Notes under the pieces: model-generated | What the model saw: the letters and a program-made list of their open reading frames with translations, nothing else | What the model was told of the DNA's origin: nothing | Database searches by the model: none | Program-made: the position numbers and the translations under genes | NCBI GenBank assembly: GCA_964016885.1 | Contig: OZ024740.1 | Span: forward strand, 422,592,001-422,656,000 | Length of the DNA: 64,000 nt | Direction: 5' to 3' | DNA from: Eledone cirrhosa | Lineage: Eukaryota | Shown here: in pieces, positions 36,001 through 48,916 of the stretch | How positions within the stretch are numbered: the first letter of the stretch is position 1 | Layout: each line of letters opens with the position of its first letter

Positions 36001-39000
36001 AGTTTAGCTCACATAACATCTAATACAATATTATATATTTCCACACCAGTTTACCTCACATAACACCCAATACAACATTATATATTCCCACACCAGTTTA
36101 CCTCACATAACACCCAATACAATATTATATATTTCCACACCAGTTTACCTCACATAACCCCCAATACAATATTATATATTTCCACACCAGTTTACCTCAC
36201 ATAACATTTAAGATAATATATATTTCCACACCAGATTACCTCACATAACACCCAATACAATATTATATATTTCCACACCAGTTTACCTCACAACATCTAA
36301 TACAATATTATATATTTCCACACCAGTTTACCTCACATAACACCCAATACAACATTATATATTCCCACACCAGTTTACCTCAAATAACACCCAATACAAT
36401 ATTATATATTTCCACACCAGTTTACCTCACATAACCCCCAATACAATATTATATATTTCCTCACCAGTTTACCTCACATAACACCCAATACAATATTATA
36501 TATTTCCACACCAGTTTACCTCACATAACATCCAACACAATATTATATATTTCCACACCAGTTTACCTCACATAACATCTAATACAATATTATATATTTC
36601 CTCACCAGTTTACCTCACATAACACCCAATACAATATTTTATATTTCCACACCAGTTTACCTTACATAACATCCAATCAAATATTATAAATTTCCACACC
36701 AGTTTACCTCACATAACATCTAGTACAATATTATATATTTCCACACCAGTTTACCTCACATAACACCCAATACAATATTATATATTTCCACACCAGTTTA
36801 CCTCACATAACACCCAATACAATATTATATATTTCCACACCAGTTTACCTCAGATAACATCCAATACAATATTATATATTTCCACACCAGTTTACCTCAC
36901 TAACACCCAATACAATATTATATATTTCCACACCAGTTAACCTCACATAACATCTAATACAATATTATATATTTCCTGACCAGTTTACCTCGCATCTAAT
37001 ACGATATTCCATATTTCCACACAAGTTTACCTCACATAACACCCAATACAATATTATATATTTCCACACCAGTTTACCTCAATTAACACCAAATACAATA
37101 TTATATATTTCCACACCAGTTTACCTCACATAACACCCAATACAATATTATATATTTCCACACCAGTTTACCTCAATTAACACCAAATACATTATTATAT
37201 ATTTCCACACCAGTTTACCTCACATAACACCCAATACAATATTATATATTTCCACACCAGTTTACCTCACATAACACCCAATACAATATTATATATTTCC
37301 ACACCAGTTTACCTCACATAATATCTAATACAATATTATATATTTCCACACAAGTTTACCTCACAGAACATCTAATACAATATTATATATTTCCACACCA
37401 GTTTACCTCACATAACACCCAATACAACATTATATATTCCCACACCAGTTTACCTCACATAACACCCAATACAAAATTATATATTTCCACACCAGTTTAC
37501 CTCACATAACACCCAATACAATATTATATATTTCCACACCAGTTTACCTCACATGACATCCAATACAATATATATTTCCACACCAGTTTAACTCACATAA
37601 CATCCAATACAATATTATATATTTCCACACCAGTTTAACTCACATAACACCCAATACAATATTATGTATTTCCACACCAGTTTACCTCACATAACACCCA
37701 ATACAATATTATATATTTCCACACCAGTTAACCTCACATAACATCCAATACAATATATATTTCCACAGCAGTTTAACTCACATAACATCCAATACAATAT
37801 TATATATTTCCACACCAGTTTAACTCACATAACACCCAATACAATATTATATATTTCCACACCGGTTTACCTCACATAACACCCAATACAATATTATATA
37901 TTTCCACACCAGTTAACCTCACATAACATCCAATACAATATATATTTCCACACCAGTTTAACTCACATAACATCCAATACAATATTATATATTTCCACAC
38001 CAGTTTAACTCACATAACACCCAATACAATATTATATATTTCCACACCAGTTTACCTCACATAACACCCAATACAATATTATATATTTCCACACCAATTT
38101 ACCTAACATAACATCCAATACAATATTATACATTTCCACACCAGTTTACCTAACATAACACCCAATACAATATTATATATTTCCACACCAGTTTACCTCA
38201 CATAACACCCAATACAATATTATATATTTCCACACCAGTTTACCTCACATAACATCTAATACAATATTATATATTTGCAGACCAGTTTACCTCGTATTTA
38301 ATACGATATTACATATTTCCACACAAGTTTACCTCACATAACACCCAATACAATATTATATATTTCCACACCAGTTTACCTCAATTAACACCCAATACAA
38401 TATTATGTATTTCCACACCAGTTTACCTCACATAACACCCAATACAATATTATATATTTCCACACCAGTTTACCTCACATGACACCCAATACAATATTAT
38501 ATATTTCCACACCAGTTTACCTCATATAACATCTAATACAATATTATATATTTCCACACCAATTTACCTCACATAACACCCAATACAATATTATATATTT
38601 CCACACCAGTTTACCTCACATAACACCCAATACAATATTATATATTTCCACACCAAGTTACCTAACATAACATCCAATACAATATACATTTCCACACCAG
38701 TTTACCTCACATAACACCCAATACAATATTATATATTTCCACACCAGTTTACCTCACATAACACCCAATACAATATTATATATTTCCACACCAGTTTACC
38801 TCACATAACATCTAATACAATATTATATATTTGCAGACCAGTTTACCTCGCATTTAATACGATATTACATATTTCCACACAAGTTTACCTCACATAACAC
38901 CCAATACAATATTATATATTTCCACACCAGTTTACCTCAATTAACACCCAATACAATATTATATATTTCCACACCAGTTTACCTCACATAACACCCAATA

Positions 39001-42000
39001 CAATATTATATATTTCCACACCAGTTTACCTCACATGACATCCAATACAATATATATTTCCACACCAGTTTAACTCACATAACATCCAATGCAATATTAT
39101 ATATTTCCACACCAGTTTAACTCACATAACACCCAATACAATATTATATATTTCCACACCAGTTTAGCTCACATAACATCTAATACAATATTATATATTT
39201 CCACACCAGTTTACCTCACATAACACCCAATACAACATTATATATTCCCACACCAGTTTACCTCACATAACACCCAATACAATATTATATATTTCCACAC
39301 CAGTTTACCTCACATAACCCCCAATACAATATTATATATTTCCACACCAGTTTACCTCAATTAACACCCAATACAATATTATATATTTCCACACCAGTTT
39401 ACCTCACATAACACCCAATACAATATTATATATTTCCACACCAGTTTACCTCACATAACATTTAATATAATATATATTTCCACACCAGATTACCTCACAT
39501 AACACCCAATACAATATTATATATTTCCACACCAGTTTACCTCACAACATCTAATACAATATTATATATTTCCACACCAGTTTACCTCACATAACACCCA
39601 ATACAACATTATATATTCCCACACCAGTTTACCTCAAATAACACCCAATACAATATTATATATTTCCACACCAGTTTACCTCACATAACCCCCAATACAA
39701 TATTATATATTTCCTCACCAGTTTACCTCACATAACACCCAATACAATATTATATATTTCCACACCAGTTTACCTCACATAACATCCAACACAATATTAT
39801 ATATTTCCACACCAGTTTACCTCACATAACATCTAATACAATATTATATATTTCCTCACCAGTTTACCTCACATAACACCCAATACAATATTTTATATTT
39901 CCACACCAGTTTACCTTACATAACATCCAATCAAATATTATAAATTTCCACACCAGTTTACCTCACATAACATCTAGTACAATATTATATATTTCCACAC
40001 CAGTTTACCTCACATAACACCCAATACAATATTATATATTTCCACACCAGTTTACCTCACATAACACCCAATACAATATTATATATTTCCACACCAGTTT
40101 ACCTCACATAACCAATACAATATTATATATTTCCACACCAGTTTACCTCACTAACACCCAATACAATATTATATATTTCCACACCAGTTAACCTCACATA
40201 ACATCTAATACAATATTATATATTTCCTGACCAGTTTACCTCGCATCTAATACGATATTCCATATTTCCACACAAGTTTACCTCACATAACTCCCAATAC
40301 AATATTATATATTTCCACACCAGTTTACCTCAATTAACACCAAATACAATATTATATATTTCCACACCAGTTTACCTCACATAACACCCAATACAATATT
40401 ATATATTTCCACACCAGTTTACCTCAATTAACACCAAATACATTATTATATATTTCCACACCAGTTTACCTCACATAACACCCAATACAATATTATATAT
40501 TTCCACACCAGTTTAACTCACATAACACCCAATACAATATTATATATTTCCACACCAATTTAACTCACATAACATCGAATACAATATATATTTGCACACC
40601 AGTTTACCTCACATAACACCCAATACAATATTATATATTTCCACACCAGTTTACCTCACATAACATTTAATATAATATTATATATTTCCACACCAGATTA
40701 CCTCACATAACACCCAATACAATATTATATATTTCCACACCAGTTTACCTCACATAATATCTAATACAATATTATATATTTCCACACAAGTTTACCTCAC
40801 AGAACATCTAATACAATATTATATATTTCCACACCAGTTTACCTCACATAACACCCAATACAACATTATATATTCCCACACCAGTTTACCTCACATAACA
40901 CCCAATACAAAATTATATATTTCCACACCAGTTTACCTCACATAACCCCCAATACAATATTATATATTTCCACACCAGTTTACCTCACATAACACCCAAT
41001 ACAATATTATATATTTCCACACCAGTTTACCTCACATAACATCTAATACAATATTATATATTTCCAGACCAGTTTACCTCGCATCTAATACGATATTACA
41101 TATTTCCACACAAGTTTACCTCACATAACACCCAATACAATATTATATATTTCCACACCAGTCTACCTCACTTAACACCCAATACAATATTATATATTTC
41201 CACACCAGTTTACCTCACATAACACCCAATACAATATTATATATTCCCACACCAGTTTACCTCACATGACATCCAATACAATATATATTTCCACACCAGT
41301 TTAACTCACATAACATCCAATACAATATATATTTCCACACCAGTTTAGCTCACATAACATCTAATACAATATATATATTTGCACACCAGTTTACCTCACA
41401 TAACACCCAATACAATATTATATATTTCCACACCAGTTTACCTCACATAACATTTAATATAATATATATTTCCACACCAGATTATCTCACATAACACCCA
41501 ATCCAATATTATATATTTCCACACCAGTTTACCTCACATCTAATACAATATTATATATTTCCACACAAGTTTACCTCACATAACATCTAATACAATATTA
41601 TATATTTCCACACCAGTTTACCTCACATAACACCCAATACAACATTATATATTCCCACACCAGTTTACCTCACATAACACCCAATACAATATTATATATT
41701 TCCACACCAGTTTACCTCACATAACCCCCAATACAAAATTATATATTTCCACACCAGTTTACCTCACATAACACCCAATACAATGTTATATATTTCCACA
41801 CCAGTTTACCTCACATAACATCCAATACAATATTATATATTTCCACACCAGTTTACTTCACATAACATCTAATTTCCACACCAGTTTACCTCACATAACA
41901 CCCAATACAATATTATATATTTCCACACCAGTTTACCTCACATAACACCCAATACAATATTATATATTTCCACACCAGTTTACCTCACATCTAATACAAT

Positions 42001-43446
42001 ATTATATATTTCCACACAAGTTTACCTCACATAACACCCAATACAATATTATATATTTCCACACCAGTTTACCTCACATAACACCCAATACAATATTATA
42101 TATTTCCACACCAGTTTACGTCACATAACATCCAATACAATATTATATATTTCCACACCAGTTTACGTCACATAACTTCCAATACAATATTATATATTTC
42201 CACACCAGTTTAACTCAAATAACATCCAATACAATATTATATATTTCCACACCAGTTTACCTCACATAACATACAATACAATATTATATATTTCCACACC
42301 AGTTTACCTCACATAACATGTAATACAATATTATATATTTCCACACCAGTTTACCTCACATAACACCCAATACAATACTATATATTTCCACACCAGTTTA
42401 ACTCGCATAACACCCAATACAATATTATATATTTCCACACCAGTTTACCTCACATAACACCCAATACAATATTATATATTTCCACACCAGTTTACCTCAC
42501 ATAACATCTAATACAATATTATATATTTCCACATCAGTTTACCTCACATAACACCCAATACAATATTATATATTTCCACACCAATTTACGTCACATAACA
42601 TCTAATACAATATATATTTCCACACCAGTTTACCTCCATAACACCCAATACAATATTATATATTTCCACACCAGTTTACCTCACATAACATCCAATACAA
42701 TATTATATATTTCCACACCAGTTTACCTCACATAACATGTAATACAATATTATATATTTCCACACCAGTTTACCTCACATAACACCCAATACAATATTAT
42801 ATATTTCCACACCAATTTACCTCGCATAACATCTAATACAATATATATTTCCACACCGGTTTACCTCCCATAACACCCAATACAATATTATATATTTCCA
42901 CACCAGTTTACCTCACATAACACCCAATACAATATTATATATTTCCACACCAGTTTACCTCACATAACATCTAATACAATATTATATATTTCCACATCAG
43001 TTTACCTCACATAACCCCCAATACAATATTATATATTTCCACACCAATTTACCTTGCATAACATCTAATACAATATATATTTCCACACCGATTTACCTCC
43101 CATAACACCCAATACAATATTATATATTTCCACACCAGTTTACCTCACATAACACCCAATACAATATTATATATTTCCACACCAGTTTACCTCACATAAC
43201 ATGTAATACAATATTATATATTTCCACACCAGTTTACCTCACATAACACCCAATACAATATTATATATTTCCACACCAGTTTACCTCACATAACATCCAA
43301 TACAATATTATATATTTCCACACCAGTTTACCTCACATAACATGTAATACAATATTATATATTTCCACACCAGTTTACCTCACATAACACCCAATACAAT
43401 ATTATATATTTCCACACCAGTTTACCTCACATAACATCCAATACAA
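1..43446. repeat. 47-bp satellite DNA array (~930 monomers, open at window start)
   Basis: Consensus CCACACCAGTTTACCTCACATAACACCCAATACAATATTATATATTT; period 47 (e.g. 21 to 68); recurrent 42, 44, 45 and 46-bp deletion variants; ends abruptly at ATACAA|TTGTTTCTG. Confidence 0.98.
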
Positions 43447-43921
43447 TTGTTTCTGCTCATTAACACATGGTTACACTCGTTACACACACTCAATATACTG
43501 ATTGTCTATGGAAACAATGTGTTCTGTTTACTTGCAATTAAATGTTTCACTCATAAAGCTCTGATGTCTTCGTTATTCCGTCAGGTCAGTCTCTACAGAC
43601 AAACTCACTAATTAATATTAGTTTTCAACAACAGTCTTCTTCACTTTTGTCTTCTTCATTGGTGACACCAGTCTTATATTAGTTCTCTCTCTCTCTCTCA
43701 AATAATCAAATATCTATAGAATACTAATTGTTTTATAATATATTTCGCTGTTAATAACCTGGAAACACATACTGTTATTATATACTTATAAAAGAAAATA
43801 ATAAAAAGATGAAAAACAGCAACTAAACACCTCAGAAAACAAATGAATTACTACATTGCTTCTCTATGTTGCTAGAATATATTATTGTAGTGTTAATCTT
43901 TATTATAACAACATTCAATAT

Positions 43922-46064
43922 ATCTGAACAAGTGTCCTTCACTTCCAACTAACCTACACTCTCACTCTGGGTCCCTACTAAAGTGACATCTGAACAAGTG
44001 TCCTTCACTTCCAACTAACCTACCCTTTCACTGTGGGTCCCTACCAAAGTGACATCTGAACAAGTGTCCTTCACTTCCAACTAACCTACCCTCTCACTCT
44101 GGGTCCCTACTAAAGTGACATCTGAACAAGTGTCCTTCACTTCCAACTAACCTTCACTTCCAACTAACCTACCCTCACACTCTGGGTCCCTACTAAAGTG
44201 ACATCTGAACAAGTGTCCTTCACTTCCAACTAACCTACCCTCTCACTCTGGGTCCCTACTAAAGTGACATCTGAACAAGTGTCCTTCACTTCCAACTAAC
44301 CTACCCTCTCACTCTGGGTCCCTACTAAAGTGACATCTGAACAAGTGTCCTTCACTTCCAACTAACCTACCCTCTCACTCTGGGTCCCTACTAAAGTGAC
44401 ATCTGAACAAGTATCCTTCACTTCCAACTAACCTACCCTCTCACTCTGGGTCCCTACTAAAGTGACATCTGAACAAGTGTCCTTCACTTCCAACTAACCT
44501 ACCCTCACTCTGGGTCCCTACTAAAGTGACATCTGAACAAGTGTCCTTCACTTCCAACTAACCTACCCTCACTCTGGGTCCCTACTAAAGTGACATCTGA
44601 ACAAGTGTCCTTCACTTCCAACTAACCTACCCTCTCACTCTGGGTCCCTACTAAAGTGACATCTGAACAAGTATCCTTAACTTCCAACTAACCTACCCTC
44701 ACTCTGGGTCCCTACTAAAAGTGACATCTGAACAAGTGTCCTTCACTTCCAACTAACCTACCCTCTCACTCTGGGTTCCTACTAAAAGTGACATCTGAAC
44801 AAGTGTCCTTCACTTCCAACTAACCTACCCTCTTACTCTGGGTCCCTACTAAAGTGACATCTGAACAAGTGTCCTTCACTTCCAACTAACCTACCCTCAC
44901 TCTGGGTCCCTACTAAAAGTGACATCTGAACAAGTGTCCTTCACTTCCAACTAACCTACCCTTTCACTCTGGGTCCCTACCAAAGTGACATCTGAACAAG
45001 TGTCCTTCACTTCCAACTAACCTACCCTCACTCTGGGTCCCTACCAAAGTGACATCTGAACAAGTGTCCTTCACTTCCAACTAACCTACCCTTTCACTCT
45101 GGGTCCCTACCAAACTGACATCTGAACAAGTGTCCTTCACTTCCATCTAACCTACCCTCTCACTCTGGGTCCCTACCAAAGTGACATCTGAACAAGTGTC
45201 CTTCACTTCCAACTAACCTACCCTCACTCTGGGTCCCTACTAAAAGTGACATCTGAACAAGTGTCCTTCACTTCCAACTAACCTACCCTTTCACTCTGGG
45301 TCCCTACCAAAGTGACATCTGAACAAGTGTCCTTCACTTCCAACTAACCTACCCTCACTCTGGGTCCCTACCAAAGTGACATCTGAACAAGTGTCCTTCA
45401 CTTCCAACTAACCTACCCTTTCACTCTGGGTCCCTACCAAACTGACATCTGAACAAGTGTCCTTCACTTCCATCTAACCTACCCTCTCACTCTGGGTCCC
45501 TACTAAAGTGACATCTGAACAAGTGTCCTTCACTTCCAACTAACCTACCCTCTCACTCTGGGTCCCTACCAAAGTGACATCTGAACAAGTGTCCTTCACT
45601 TCCAACTAACCTACCCTCTCACTCTGGGTCCCTACTAAAAGTGACATCTGAACAAGTGTCCTTCACTTCCAACTAACCTACCCTCTCACTCTGGGTCCCT
45701 ACTAAAGTGACATCTGAACAAGTGTCCTTCACTTCCAACTAACCTACCCTCTCACTCTGGGTCCCTACTAAAAGTGACATCTGAACAAGTGTCCTTCACT
45801 TCCAACTAACCTACCCTCTCACTCTGGGTCCCTACTAAAGTGACATCTGAACAAGTGTCCTTCACTTCCAACTAACCTACCCTCTCACTCTGGGTCCCTA
45901 CTAAAAGTGACATCTGAACAAGTGTCCTTCACTTCCAACTAACCTACCCTCTCACTCTGGATCCCTACTAAAACCGAAATCTGAACAAGTATCCTTCACT
46001 TCCAACTAACCTACCCTCTCACTCTGGATCCCTACTAAAACCGAAATCTGAACAAGTATCCTTC
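43922..46064. repeat. 66-bp tandem repeat (~32 copies)
   Basis: Unit ACATCTGAACAAGTGTCCTTCACTTCCAACTAACCTACCCTCTCACTCTGGGTCCCTACTAAAGTG; ATCTGAAC at 43922, 43988, 44054; 64-67 bp variants; consensus has stops in all six frames. Confidence 0.97.
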
Positions 46065-47179
46065 CCTGACTCTGGGTTCAGGCTGAAAGTGACGTTCGAA
46101 TGAGTATCCTATTGTTTATACATTCCAAGATGTACTCCTCTCATTCTTGCTTTCTTCTGTTTATCAGTAAATAGTAGAGCTGCTTGCTTTATCCTGTGAT
46201 AATCATTATCTAAAACATTGTACTAGATAGATACTATGTCAGCTTATATATATTTCTTTTTGAGCGGGGAGTTGTTTTTGTATTTTTAAACAGTAATCAT
46301 GTATTATAGAAGCATTGCTCAAGTCTTTCTCTATTTGGAAACTCTCAGCCATACTTGGTTGGTCACAGTGCTTTTATAACCAGCTATGATATAATGGTAA
46401 TCTTCTGAAGTGACATATTGCAAGATTCAATGCTGTTTCCGTATTGATTTTCAGCTTAGCTTCAGCCGTTCGCTTGAAACTACTTTCTTCAAACAAACTG
46501 AAGAAAGACCTATATTTAAGTATTTAGGAGCCATGTTTTAGAAATTTGGTCTGATATTATATTATGTTATATATTCTTTTCTTCTTTCCTTCTTTTGATC
46601 TGTATGTTCTTGTACATTTGAAGAGCTCCAATGTCAATCTGAAGTAGGCTCTCAGATATGATAAATGCCTTCTATCATGTTAGTCTATTTAACTGCTGAC
46701 TTTTGGAATAGTTATCACACTCTATGAAAGTGTTGGAACCATATTAAATGACTCAAAACACTGGTTTGATAGGTTTATTGTTTATGTAGTTTCTAAAGAA
46801 TGTTTCTTACAAAATCACTGATATTATTATATACATGTCAGCAAGTGAACATCTATATAATTGCTCAACTTTCTAGAAACACTCTGCTATCTTTAATATA
46901 ATGTTCACATGTATATTTTTAATCCTAAATCTAAACTTGACATATCCTCCTCAATAAAGATAACTGGACACAGCTATGGCCAGAAACTCACTGCCACTTG
47001 TAATATAATGTTCATATATTTCATAAAATTGTAGGGAACTCAAACAGAAATAGCTGTAAAACAGCTGGCTGCTATGATGATCATAGAGAATTCAGGTTAA
47101 ACAAAACTCCTTAATAAAGGGAAGAGCAGTCAGAGAGAGAATGAAAGGAACAGAGTGTATAGTATTTGATGAGAAATGG

Positions 47180-47408
47180 ATCATCATCATCATTTTACGT
47201 CTGCTTTTCCCTGCTTGGGTAGACAGGTCCTATTCAGCATCTCTCCACTTGTCAGGGTCCTTCGTCATCTCCTCTGTGAGCTTCAGCGATCTGAGGTCCG
47301 CTCTCACCACCTTTGCCCATGTTTTTCGTGGTCTTCCTCTACTGCGTCTTCCTTCTACTAGCATTTCTTGGCACTTCTTTACCCAGCGGTCATCCTCCAT
47401 GCGCATGG
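47180..47408 (-). mobile_element. 5'-truncated RTE-clade LINE 3' end
   Basis: Minus-strand peptide MRMEDDRWVKKCQEMLVEGRRSRGRPRKTWAKVVRADL...DKWR fits the RTE ORF C-terminus (RM...G.R.RGRPR.TW); followed by a short 3' UTR and (GAT)n tail at 47180-47193. Confidence 0.88.

Positions 47409-47470
<62 letters not shown>
47409..47470. repeat. (TA)n microsatellite
   Basis: Near-perfect run of about 30 AT units. Confidence 0.95.
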
Positions 47471-47473
<3 letters not shown>

Positions 47474-47914
47474 CCTTTCATTGAGGGGTCACTTGACAAG
47501 CTGGCAACCTCACAGCCCCCAGTGCACTTTAGTTGTACTCTGGTTGAATACCTATCGGCGAAACTATACAGTCGGGACTTTGAAGAAAAAATTAAGTATA
47601 TTTTTATCTAGACAGATGGATGGCTAGATACCTACTGCCATTTTAAATAGAATGTTCACATATATATTTTTAATCCTAAATCTGAGACATTTCTCACTCA
47701 ATAGGGTTAAACTGGACACAGCTAGAAATACAACTTCAATATTTTATTTGATTAGCTATCTCTTTGATAATAGATTACTGAAGCAGGTATTATCTGACAA
47801 CCACCTAGCTAATTGTTTCTTCACTTTGATTGACTGGTGAAAATAGAGCCAATAATTTCCTTATAAACTGTTTAATTTCCATGTCAGGTTGAGTTAGCAG
47901 CTGGACATGAATAA

Positions 47915-48031
47915 TGTGTGTGTGTGTGTTAGTATGTGTGGGTGTGCTAGTGTGTGTGGGTGTGTTAGTGTGTGTGTGTGTGGGGGTGTTGGGTGTGTTA
48001 ATGTGTATGAGTGAGTTAGTGAATGTGTGTG
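47915..48031. repeat. Degenerate (GT)n microsatellite
   Basis: GT runs interrupted by TTAG/GG. Confidence 0.85.
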
Positions 48032-48270
48032 TCATATGTCCAGAAAATGGTATGTTAGAGATTGTTACTCCGTTTCATAGGTTAGTGTTGCTATCCCATC
48101 ATGCATTTGTTTATTTTAAACTTCCTGTAGTAATATCAGCCTATCACAGTCAGTTGATTTGGCCTCATACAGACAGATGAGGTATTTTCTTGACTCTGGA
48201 GAAATGATTTACATAGTTAACCTGAAGAATGGTAGATATTGAACCAGGTGTATTAAAACATGAAGAGTGG

Positions 48271-48493
48271 ACACTGGCTTAGCTCCTCCCCCAGCTCAGT
48301 GACACACTTTGGTGTGTCACTGGCTTAGCTCCTCCCCCATCTCAGTGACACTGGCTTAGCTCCTCCCCCAGCTCAGTGACACCCTTTGATGTGTCACTGG
48401 CTTAGCTCCTCCCCCAAGCTCAGTGACACTGGCTTAGCTCCTCCCCCCCCAGCTCAGTGTCACTGGCTTAACTCCTCCCCCAGCTCAGTGACA
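48271..48493. repeat. ~31-bp minisatellite (6 units) with hairpin junctions
   Basis: Unit CACTGGCTTAGCTCCTCCCCCAGCTCAGTGA repeated six times; two junctions carry palindromic inserts. Confidence 0.9.
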
Positions 48494-48530
48494 GACTTAG
48501 TCGGCTTTGCAGTGCGGAACTCTGTGTGTG

Positions 48531-48628
48531 TCAAGTTTAATATAGAAATGGCTTCTACAGAACTAGAACTGTTTCATTCAAAAAAAATCATCCTAGTCAT
48601 GTAGAAGCCATTTTTATATTAAACTTGA
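48531..48628. repeat. Inverted-repeat (MITE-like) element, copy 1
   Basis: TCAAGTTTAATATAGAAATGGCTTCTACA pairs with TGTAGAAGCCATTTTTATATTAAACTTGA (28/29); related copy at 59784-59870. Confidence 0.8.
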
Positions 48629-48794
48629 TGTTTACACTCTACTAATGTATTGAGTACTTTAGTGATTTTGGTTAACTCCGATTGAACTCGGGACTCGTGT
48701 TAGAATGGAGAATGGACCTGTTGTTTTTTATCTACAGATATTTTTTCCAATTCTAACCCGCCCATCCCTTCAATCTTTCTTATTTCTCATTCTT

Positions 48795-48830
48795 TCTTCT
48801 GATAAAGGACTAGTGTCCGAAACGTTAAGA
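48795..48830 (+). ncRNA. Minimal hammerhead-like motif (G8 to A variant, probably inactive)
   Basis: TCTT-CTGATAA-A-GGAC TAGT GTCC-GAAA-CG-T-T-AAGA: stem I TCTT/AAGA, stem II GGAC/GTCC, palindromic ACGT stem III. Confidence 0.55.
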
Positions 48831-48916
48831 CCCTCTTCCTGCTATTTCAAGCGTTAACCTAATATATCCCTTCCATATACTGTACCGATTGTGTTGTTAT
48901 TTCTGTTTACCTTTTA

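Noticed and set aside
1-43446. CRISPR-like or coding interpretation of the large array
   Set aside because: No unique spacers, no cas genes, eukaryotic context, and no ORF in the track.
43447-43921. Possible minus-strand exon (TGTGTTTCCAG acceptor-like site near 43758)
   Set aside because: Only a splice-like motif; no ORF or partner site can be supported.
46080-46880. Non-repetitive segment with short minus-strand frames (e.g. MAESFQIEKDLSNASIIHDYCLK...)
   Set aside because: Frames under 60 aa, frequent stops, no recognisable domain; a decayed exon or UTR cannot be excluded without BLASTX or RNA-seq.
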